A stretch of DNA of 64,000 nt from Octopus bimaculoides. Its lineage: Eukaryota. Positions within the stretch are counted from its first letter, which is position 1, and the number at the start of each line of letters is the position of its first letter. Under the pieces are notes generated by a model. The model did not search any database. It was given only the letters and a program-made list of their open reading frames with translations, and was not told the origin of the DNA. The stretch is from contig NC_068987.1 in NCBI RefSeq assembly GCF_001194135.2, positions 23,780,248 through 23,844,247 of the forward strand, written 5' to 3'. The position numbers and the translations under genes are program-made. This document shows, in pieces, positions 12,501 to 24,622 of this stretch.

Positions 12501-15420
12501 CATTTATCTTATTAATTTTTGAAGAATAAAACAGTGTGAATGTGTGAGCAAGAGAGTAAATGTTTGTATTAGTGTGTGTGTGTGTGTGTGTGTGTTTACA
12601 TGCATATGCATCAATGACAAATGGAAGAATTTCTGCTCAATAAATCCTAGAAGTATTTCTAGAGTTACTCCTATCTTATGGTAATGTAGTTATGTATGAA
12701 ATGGTAGAGATGTAGGAGTGAGGGCTGAAAATGAAAAACTGAATGTGGTGGGGGTACTATATCATACTGTGCAGAGAGTTAGCATCATGTACCACAAGAA
12801 AAGGTACCCGTTACTCACTGAGATGTGTAGAAAGTATAAATGTCTTCTAGGGCTTGTTGCTAATCTCAAGTTCCATGGAGTAAAACAGATGAGAGATGAA
12901 TTTTACTCTGGAGAGAATGCTGGTCTATTGCATAAAGTAACACACACACACAATGATCTGGTACCTACCTATTCCTAACACAGTCACAAAACTGAGACAA
13001 TGTAGAATAATGTTCTGGTGAGAAACACAATGAAACACTGGCAAAACAGCAGATTTTAACTATTGATCTATTAGTTAGTGGCCCAGTATCTCTTGCACTA
13101 TGATGTTTCTAAATATTTGTGTTATCTACATAAAGGGATGGTTTTGGGATTTGAATGTTGTCTATTCAAGGGAATATAAAATGAGACATGAGCACCATCT
13201 ATGTAAGGTGTTATTAATGACACATGAGCACTATCTATGTAAGGTGATATGGCTACGAGAGAAGCACTGATGTAAAGGAATGTGAAATGCATGTGACATG
13301 AATGAAACAGTTTATATTACAGATGAAATGTTATGTTTGATAATGTGAAATCCATGTTAGACAATAGGAAATGAAACAGTGACATCTATGAAATGTGAAT
13401 CAACAGGGGTGGTAATGAGTTACCAAAGACAAAAATGGTGGTACAATAACAATATCATGAATGAGTGTTAGTGATGTATAACATATTAAAGTGTTAGCAG
13501 TTTTAGTTAGAATGATGGAGTTTTGTCAATGAGTGGAGTGAAGTATTAGCAACATCTACAATGGTGGTATGTTAGTAACATCCTGAATGATGAGTTAACG
13601 ATGTACAACATGGTTAGCAACACCTATAAATGGTGAAATATAAGCAATGACTGATGAAATGTCTCAAAATGTATACTGTTAATGATAATGATAATAGTAA
13701 TAATTCTTTCTAATTTTGGCACAAGGCCAGCAATTTTGAGGGAAGCAGGTAAGTCAATTACATCAACCCCAGTACTTGACTGTTACTTTATTTTATTCAG
13801 CCTGAAAGGATGAAATGCAAAGTTGACTTCGGCAGGATTTGAACTCAGAATGTAAAGAGCTGGAAGAAATGTTGCTAAGCAGTTTGCTTGACACACTAAT
13901 GATTCTGCCAGCTCACCATCTTAATGATAATGATAACATTAAACTTCAAATGAAATTATATATTTATATACACATGAGAATAAAAATGCATTTTGTTTTT
14001 TTTACAAACTGTTTCCTGTTGATTAAGAAAGAGATATTGCTGTGTCATACATAGTCTACACCATCAGAAGGTGCTAAGGCTATCCTAGTACAATAACCTC
14101 AATAAGGCATGCCAGAGCCTGCCCCACTAGAGCAACTATTGAACAACAACACCAACAATAACAACAGCAACAAGATGCAAACTTGAAACAATGACCCAAA
14201 CCCTCTCTTGCATTTAGAGCAAGGGAGGTTTCCTTGAAAGTGTAAAGGTTTCTAAGCTGTACAACTAACTTTATTGGTAGTTATGGAGTCCAGCAGAAAG
14301 GAAGAAGGATTAAACTTTACAATATTGAATTTACACTTGATTAGCAGGAAAACTGCACCAACAATCTGAATAGATTTTTCTAGAAAGTAATTTTCAATTG
14401 AAGAAACAGTAAGATGAATAAACAAAGAATCAACGAGCGGTGAGTGGATAGGAAAAAAAAAGGAAGAACCAATGACAAGGACAGTAAATGATTAGATGGG
14501 GGGAATCAATGTATTAGTTAGAGGACTGATCAAATAGTAGATCATTACAGAGGGTAGAGACTGATCAGATGGTGGGTCAGGATAGAGGATAAACCTGTAG
14601 ACCGATCAATGGGTTGTCAATATAAAGAAGGGAGATGGATTAAATGATAGATCAGTGTAGAGGATAGAGACAGGTTAAATGGTAGATCAATATAAAGAAT
14701 AGAGACAGAATAAGTAGTGGATCGATGTGGAAGACAGAGATGGATTAAATGGTAGATCAGTGAAGCAGTTGAAGTTGAAGCAATCATAACATTAATTTAT
14801 AATCCACCCAGACATAGATCAATACAGAGAATATAGAATGTAATTTAATCAGATGAAGGATCAAAGAGTAGATATAATAACCCAATCAATCAGATTATCA
14901 AAACTACCAGAAGTTTATCTTGAAGAAATGAGTCAAGTGTCTCATTGGAAAGACAATCTTGCCAACAATAGAAATTCTAAGAAGACAGCAATAAATCATA
15001 CACTTTCACCTATTTAGTCTATACAGACCAGTTTCACACACAAAAGCTCAGAGAAGTTTTATTTTTTGTATTTAAACACCTTACAAGAATGATAGGTCTA
15101 CAATTTATTTGGAAGAGGAGAAGAGAGTACCTACCTATTTTACACAGACAAACAAATATGGATAAAATCTATGAACTGTGAGTAGGACAATTACGAAAGT
15201 AGCAGAAGGGGTGACATAATTCTCTGAAGGGGTAAGCTGGTAAGAGGTAGGGTATCTACTCAGGAGAGAACTCATCAAAGACTATTATTAAGATAACTAC
15301 AAACAAANNNNNNNNNNNNNNNNNNNNNNNNNNNNNNNNNNNNNNNNNNNNNNNNNNNNNNNNNNNNNNNNNNNNNNNNNNNNNNNNNNNNNNNNNNNNN
15401 NNNNNNNNNNNNNNNNNNNN

Positions 15421-15453
<33 letters not shown>

Positions 15454-16141
15454 TATATACATATATAGGTGAGTGGTCAGTGGTGACACCACTGTAGGAC
15501 TCCATCATGTTATCAGGTTGAAAAGTGGGGAAATTAAGGACAAATGTTGACTGACCATCACGTCCAGGGCTAGACCGATTGGAACCAACAGGAGAAACTG
15601 TCGTACTTGGTTCAGAATCACTAATTCCTGCTGAAGAGCTTGGCTGTGGAATTTGGCGTGGCCGGTAAACTGATAAAAATAAGACGAAATCAAAACAGGT
15701 AGAGAGCAGCGACTTGGCAAACAGGGTAGTAAATAATTCAATGGAAATGTGTCAAACAGCAAGCCACAATTGAGACAAGGCCATTGGGTTTTAACGAAGC
15801 TGTGTGTGGGTTGTTCCAAGCAGCATCCATAACGTTGAGACAAGGAAACACTGAATATTATAATGACGACAAAAATAATAATACTAACAGTAACAATAAT
15901 GCATGTTAATAGGGTACAAACAAGCCAAGACTAGGCGTATAGAGAGGCAAGGAAAACAAGGAGGGATAGGTGAAGTTGCATTTAGAAGAGGTAGAAATTT
16001 AGATTCAAGTAGAGAAGTGATAATGCTATTTGCAACACCGATACCAACAGACAGACACACACACATTTGTGTGTGTGTGTGTGTGTGTGTATGTATATAT
16101 ATATGTGTGTGTGTGTATGTATATATATATGTGTGTGTGTG

Positions 16142-16209
<68 letters not shown>

Positions 16210-16483
16210 TGTATATATATGTGTATATATATATATGTGTATATATGTATATATATATATATGTGTGTGTATATACACACACACATACATACATGTGTGT
16301 GTGTCTGTATATGTGTATGTATATGGTCTGTGCGGACACATGTTTCATGCAAGGATGAGGCTCATCAGTCATCGAAAATACCAGCATAACACATTAGAAA
16401 GGAAACAAAAGCTAGACTTGTAAATGAAGAATAACTGCTGTCACTCTCATGAGTGAGTGTGTGTGTGTGTATATATGTGTATG

Positions 16484-16525
<42 letters not shown>

Positions 16526-16620
16526 CACGGACAAAATGTAGTGAATACAAGTTAGTGCATACAGACATGAGAAAAAACAATATGCAAAACGTAGAGTAAG
16601 GGTTACATTTCATTAAAATA

Positions 16621-16654
<34 letters not shown>

Positions 16655-19600
16655 GTGAGCTACACTTTGTTATACAACAAATGAAACTGCAGACCAGACA
16701 AACCAATTGTTAGTGCAGAAGAAACAATAACAATAACAATAAGGATCAAAGACCAAATTTTTGGTCAGGAGACAAAGGACTTCAGTAAATGAACTTATTA
16801 AAATGGTACAAACATTAGAGTAGAGAAAAAAGCTGTAAGTAACAATCTGTCAATATTAGAAGAGCAAGGGGTTAGAGATTTAGAAGACAGAGAAAGAGAG
16901 AGGTAAGTAACAAGCAAGAGAGAGAGAGAGAGAGAGGTGAAAAGAAATAAAATGCATTAACCATTCCTAAATAATGACTTGATTGATTTGTGAGAGACAA
17001 ACTTCAGTAAAATGCTGGCAGATGGAGTAACAAGTAAGTAATGTTGAACACATGACAGGGATAGTGCTACTCTCTCCACACATGTACACATCATAGTGTG
17101 CATTACACACACACACACTGTACAGTGTCATATATACATTTTACATACAGAGTGCATGTTACACATACAGCTATCACACTGAGGAAAGTATTATAAGCAA
17201 ACAGTTGCACACTATAGAGATAGTGACACTCATGAGTGCACACATGTGCACACATATCAGAGACAATTTCACAAGTGAGAAAGAGAGAGGCAGACAAACA
17301 GACAGATACAAAGACAAAAAGCCAGAATTGCATCAAGGTGATTCATCATTCACTTCAGGACTAAGATCACCTGTGGACATTACTGTAAGACTTCCGAGAC
17401 ACAGATGGTGGCTCTAAGATTAAACTGCTTATATCATTGTCTAGAGTTCAAACCTTACTATGGTTGTATATTTTGCTATTTCTAAAATGATTAATACTAT
17501 GAAGAGTAACTACTCAACTAAACTCAACTACCTATTGGTCCAATGTATACAATATGGTCCACTTTATTCAAACTCATTTTCATTGTCAACATTCTGATGC
17601 CAAAAGAAGCTTTTACACATTTACTGATGTGCAAGAAATAGCAGCGAAACTTTCCTAAAATCACAGTTTATTGAATTAACAACTGACGGATTCAAGGAAG
17701 AGATGTTGACGACTGAAACAGCTTCAATCAGAGTTAAACTGTGGTTAAACAATGTTCAGAAACTGAACCCTCCTGTTTCAGATCTTTCACAAATGGCCCT
17801 TGCTACCTATTAACTGCTTTGTCCAGGGAGAAAGAGCAATGACTGAAGCTGGGAAACATAGCCCAAACACTGACGACAGGATTCACTCAGCTAAAGACAC
17901 CCCAGGACCAGGTGGTGGCATTAAACCAAGCAATAAATTAAGTCTGCCACTGAAGAACAGGGATTATTTCTTATTTCTTTATTGCCCACATAGAGGGGAA
18001 AAACAAGGACAGACAAAGGGATTAAGTCGATTACATCGACCCCAGTGCGTAACTGGTACTTTATTTATCGACCCCGAAAGGATGAAAGGCAAAGTCAACC
18101 TTGGCAGAATTTGAACTCAGAACATAACGGCAGACGAAATACCGCTAAGCATTTCGCCTGGCGTGCTAATGTTTCTGCCAGCTCACCGCTGTCAACCAAA
18201 TTTCACTCATGTGGCATTAGTTGACCCATGGATATGGTGTGTTGCACTGTGGGATGAACTTAAAATTACAAAGTTGTGAAACAAACTTCTTAACTACAAA
18301 GTCATGGCAGCACCCATCTCTGACACTTCCTCCTTCAAGCTCTGTATAAACAGTACTCATCTCATATATTCTCCACTACTAATGTAAAATGACTCCCTCT
18401 CTCTTTGCCTCCCATGGTAGATCAACATGAGTCACTTACTGGTAGATTGTACCTATCAATGTTACATCTACATCTACACGTCAACATAGTTCGGTTTGTG
18501 TCTTATGGGATGGTGAGGAATATGGTAGGATAGTCATTCACCCAGTGGTAATAAATATAAAAAAAAAAAGCTATACAGAGAAGAAACACAAAGTCAATTA
18601 ATTGACAGTGTAACAAGGAGCAGCAACATCACATTTCATACAAGATACACTAGCAGTGTTTAATATACCACACATACTGTTAAGGAGTTACTATAAGCAG
18701 GAATTAAAAAAGTGCAACAAAAATAAAATCAACATAATAATTAATAATAATAAAATAAAATAAATAAAAGAATAAAAATAATAATGGTTTCAAATTTAGG
18801 CACCAGGCCGGTAATTTTTGAGGGAAAAGGGTTGGTCAATGACATTGGCCCCAATACTTAACTGGTACTTTATTTTATTGACCCTAAAAAAACAAAAGGT
18901 AAAGTCGATATTGAACATCATGAGCTGAGACAAATGCCTTGATGCTCTAACAATTCTGCCAATCAATCCACTGTCTTTGAATAATTTCTTAAATGGGTAC
19001 AAGGCCTACTAGATATTTTGGGGGAAGGCCATATCAACCCTGGATTTGAACTCAGAATGGAAAGAGCTGGAACAAATACCACAGGGCAATTCTGTTCAAT
19101 ACTAAATTAGATTCTACCACCTTGTTGCTCTTGTAACTGTTGTGTCGACGCCCCCAAGCGAAGAAGTAGGATCGCCCAAGACATATAAATAAAGGTAGTC
19201 TGGCCATGGTAGTGAGTTGAGTAGCTAACGAATAGCTATCGTGTAGCGGTTGAGTAGAGATCATCCGAAGGTGCTAGATAGCAGTAGCTTGAGACATAAC
19301 AGTAAGAAATAACAATAACTTTACAAAAATATGTATATTAAATATGCATATTAGGTGCACTTCTCGATGTGTAGGAAGAAGTTTGCTTTCAAGCCACATG
19401 GTTTTGAGTTCAGATTGTTCCATTGGTCCCATCAACTGGAACACTTGCTGCCATAACCAATGGAGTGCCAGTTATTCACTGACTCTAAGTTTAAAAAAAT
19501 AGGAAACATTTTATCAAACACTAATCCATATCTGGTGTCAGGGAAGAGATTAAAATAGCAGTCAAAACAGAAACACTGACTCAGAAGTTAAGATGCTGGA

Positions 19601-22600
19601 CTACTAACCACAGGCTCATGGGTCCAAACATCACAACTACAGCATTTGTTTGATCAGCAAGAGCTAAGGCATACAATTATTTGCCCCAGTCTGCCTGGTC
19701 AACTAACAAGTGTTACCTTCTGCAGTCCCATGATTAATAATAATATTTAACTCCAAAATCCTTGGTTCCCCTGTGCTATCTTATTGTAAAATTAAAGGAA
19801 ACTATTTCATGCATGGAAAAAAGAACAATAAAACAGAAAGGAAACAATAAAAAGAAAGAAGGAAAAACAATATCACTGGTACTAAAAGAGTTGGAAACAT
19901 TTAATCGCTTCCCTAAAGAGAGATTTACTGTTTTAATTTATAGATTTGATAAGCTAGGTAAGTATAACTAGATTAGTTTAAGCATGTTAGGGCCCACACT
20001 ACAACAATTACACAATCTGAAGAAAAATAGGCTCTCCTGAAGAGGTTCTGTAGATACGTGGTCTGATCAATGTCCAGGCTGTTGCTATAGTAATGAAGTT
20101 AAAGAACACAGAGAAAAGCCACTTGGCACAGATTGACCTTGAACACTGCTGTGCATGTGCACTAAGTTTTAACGTTCTATCTCACTTCCAAGCACTGCTT
20201 ACAGCAGTGCTTGGAAGGAAGGTGTGTAACGTGTAATTGCCGCATTGACCATGACAGAGAAAGTGGAGTAGAGAATCTGCATCAAATTTTGCCAAAAGCT
20301 TGGTGATACCTGTTCAGAGGCTGAAGCAAAGTTTTGGAAAAGTTTTCATCATCCTCGACAAAATCAAGGAGATCTTGGACAATTGAAACTGAAGTGTACT
20401 TTTGGTCAGCTGAAAGCAGTTTTGCACAAACTTGGCAGATATGCATCTCATACCCAAATCTTCAATGATAACGGACTGAACTGAACAGTAACTCATCTGC
20501 ACATCCTCTGATAACTTACGGATGGTGATTCGACGATTTCCCCTCACAATTGCATGCACATCTGCAATGTTTTTCTCAGTTCTGCTGGTTGCGGGTCTCC
20601 CAGAATGTTTGTCAATATCTACATTTTTTCGGCCATCTTGGAAACGTCTGAACCACTCATACACTCACTTCCATATACTTTCTGCAACTTTGCGCAAGCC
20701 TCTGAGCAGGTATTACTATGACAACTTTCTCTGTCATAGTGAATGCGAAGATCACACACTACACACCTTCCTCCCAAGCACTACTCAAAACAGCAGAAGT
20801 GAGATCAACATTAAAACTTAGTGTGCATGCGCAACAGAGTTCAAGGTCAATCTCAGCAGGGTTCAAGCAGCTTCACTCTGCATGCTTTAGCTTTGTTACT
20901 ATGGCAACACTCCAAATACTTATTGATCAGACCTTGTATTTGCATCAGAACTCTCCAGTTCACCCATCATTCACGAGAGTGGAGAAAGAAATATAGCCTT
21001 GCTGAGGTTGTAGAGAGTCGATGAGACACCATATCACTACCCCCTTCACCACCAACCATATCAAATTACTTAGGAAAGGTCAGTTACTTAGAAACTTCAA
21101 GATAGTTAAGAAGTTCTAAGAATGACATGATAGCAAAGGAAGACATGAGCTATAAGAGAAGAAAGAGTTGAAAGCAGCTGTTTAATCTACTCCCTATTGA
21201 TATTCAACAGAGATGTCTAGTTGTTCCTCTCAGCTTTCTTCCACTAAAATTTATCATATCAGACAGATCACAATGGAATTTCAATGTAGGTTGATAGTTG
21301 CACCAACTAATACAATTTAAATCCATCACCAACATCTTGAATAACTCATATAATAAAAAATTTAAAGTTAGTGTAGCTCTGAGTAAACTCCATTGAATAG
21401 TCAAACCACTAGATCCATACTACACTAAAACCTTCACTGGTGTCTGGTACCACAATACTTTATCAACCTTCACCCATTGACCATCATGAAGGCAGTTCAA
21501 GTCTTCACCGACTGACTTACCTTTCCTGGGAGAAGACAGAGGTGAGATGCTTTGTCGTAAACCTGCAAATAAAGATGTTAATGATATCACTAAGACACAT
21601 TCAGACTAGAACACAAAGTAATTAACGGTACATCAGATATAGCAATATATCAAATGATACTATAACATAAGTTTATTTGATATTGTCCAAAACTAATCAG
21701 TGATATTTCTCAGAGATATAATAGGTTATCATCAAGTGGTTATTACATAAAGAGTTATCATCAAGTGGTTATTACATAAAGAGTTATCACAAAGTGATCA
21801 TTACATAAAGAGTTATCAAGAGGTTATTACATAAAGTTATCATCAAGTGGGTATTTGATACTGTTGTAACAATATATACGCCATAAAACATGTTGTATTT
21901 TCAGTGAACGAAAGATACTACATGTGATATCCAATACATACCATAGTAAGTTGGGTTTTTTTTTTTATTATTATTAAATGTGTCATTTCTTTAGAGAGCT
22001 GCAGATTAAGAATAAGATTTTGAACCAGATCAACAGTACTATTCCATGTTTAACCCACTTCACACAGCTAGCTGTGAGAACATAACAAATTTAAATAACA
22101 ATGTAAAGTGGTAGCATTGTTAAATTGATGAGTATTTTATAGGCTTACTGTGTTCAAGCCAATTTCTAAGTACAACCTGAAAAGGACAGGTATTGCCAAA
22201 CTAACTTTCATGATAAAGAGCCAAACCAGAGTATTTTGTGACCCATTATCACCACTTCTTTACATACTAAGCTCCTGGAATATTCTGGATTGATAATCAA
22301 AGTGTAGTTGATGAGGTAACAGAAAGATATCACAAACTAACTCACATATCGTTGCTTAATTTAGCAGATCCTCAACACACCTCAGTGAATTACTGTCATT
22401 GAAGGAAGCTATTACATGATATGCTTGAGTATGTGACCTGAGCCAAATCTCATTCAAATCACACTAAAAGGACTTAGATAATGTACTCTTGAGATATACC
22501 ATACAAATCAAATTTTTCAGACCAAAATTTACGGCCAAAAAAGGTAGATTAATTTATACATCAAGACAACTTTGGAGGACAAAAAATTCCATGTGAAATA

Positions 22601-24115
22601 CAGCAGGAATTGGAAAGGCAGTGATGATGTTTGAATGTTTACACTATATACTATGCTGATTTGTAACCCAGAAAATACAATAAAATCTAGAAAAACAAAG
22701 AAGACAAGATGATCATTGTTGTAACATTTTAGATCATAGGTCTTCTGGATCGGAATTGACCTGAGATTAAACAATAATAGCTGATAATAAGCAAATGTTG
22801 TGTGTTCTACACAGTGCTAGCTCTTTACCTAGACTGAGTGTGCCCTGATATTGGTTTCAGATTTTGGCACAAGGCCAGCAATTTCAAGAGAAGGGGAAAG
22901 TTGATTACATTGAATCTAGTGCTCAACTAGTACTTATTTTAACAACGCCTGAAAGGATAAAAGCAAAGTCAACCTCAGTAGAATTTGAACTCGGAACACG
23001 AAGACAGATGAAATGCCACTAAGCATTTTGCCTGGTGTGCTGATTCTGCCAGCTCAGCACCACACTGTGCCCTAATATTGATTTCAAATTCTGGTACAAG
23101 GCCAGCAACTTCAAGAGAGGAGAAAAGACAATTACATTGACTCCAATGCTCAAATGGTCTTATTTTATCAACTCCAAAAGGTGGAGCTTGAACTCAGAAA
23201 ATAAAGACGGACTAAATGCCACTAAGCATTTTGTCCAGCATGCTAATAATTCTGCCAGCTCACAGCCTTAGCCTAAACCATAATAATAATAATAATCATG
23301 ATAATTACTTAGGTAAAAGTCCATATATTTTAAGTAACTAAAAAAGCAAAATCACTTACTTTCTTCCTGCAATTTAGCCATGTTCTGAATATCTGAAACA
23401 TCTGGGATACGGTTGGCAACTTGGCTTTGCGGTTCCGTCTCCTTGTTGGACGTACTTTCTACAGGTAGTAAACGAAGTGATTCCTTATTTTTCTTGGGTC
23501 TGGTGAAAGTGTTTGTGTCAACACGAGTCCCTGAAAAGACAAAAATTGGTTGATATATAAAAGATATGTCAACTTAACAGTAGAATTCACAACCTGGAAG
23601 AGGAAAACTAACAGAACGTTAAACAATGAACAGTGAAAACAAGAAACCATTGAAAGAATACTATCTTCAAATACTGTTTCAGTTTTCTGAAGAACACAGC
23701 AGGTTATTATGAAGGAAAGTATATATATCATTGATTGGGGTTACACACATCCTCCAGCCAACAATATATTATGATGCTGACCAAAGCAATTATATTTTTT
23801 TTGTCCCTAGAAGACATGATAAGTAAAGTTAACTCTGGGATCTGAACTGAAGACCATAGGACAGAAGTAAATATTGCCAGTATTTTACAGCTTTTACCAC
23901 ATGAGACTGGGTGCATAAAATTTGTAGGGAAGAAATCTAAGCCACCATATTGTACACATACCCAGCACCCATTACACTCTTGGAGTGGTTGGTGTAAGGA
24001 AGGGCATCCAGCCATAGAAACCATGCCAAATCAGACTGGAGTCTGGTGCAGCCTTCCAGCTTGCCAGCCATGTTCAAACCATCCAACCCATGCCAGCATG
24101 GACAACAGACATTAA

Positions 24116-24154
<39 letters not shown>

Positions 24155-24578
24155 GTTCTCAGTATATGATCAAAAGTTATTTTTATCAACCCTTGAGGCA
24201 TAACAGACAAAGACATTCCAAGGTGATGTGAACTGGATTGCCATAGAATTTGGTTATCCCAAAGATGATGTTTCACTTTAAGCACAATACTTTGAGCTCG
24301 GTTGTGTGTGTGTGTGTGTGTATGCGTGTGTATGTAACATTGTATCTCAAGGCAAATAACAACATTGGCCACAATGTGTGTTCATGTAAGTTAGTTTAAC
24401 TTTAAATGTAACACAAAGAAAAGTTAGTTATGTAAATTGATATGAAATATCCAAATACAGGATTGCAGTTTGTGACTATTTATGTAAATGTGAATATTTA
24501 TGTCTTCAGTACTCTCTTACAGACTTACACAGACAAACAAGCAAACAAACACAACTGAAAACAATACTTCCGCCTACG

Positions 24579-24622
<44 letters not shown>

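Noticed and set aside
15884-16423. Multiple long YI/HT/VC-rich ORFs
   Set aside because: Translations of TA/TG microsatellites; the same applies at 29064, 55123, 58269-59506 and similar sites.
17962-18190. tRNA gene calls from B-box-like heads (also 39716 and others)
   Set aside because: They are heads of SINEs continuing into shared tails; no complete cloverleaf is evident.
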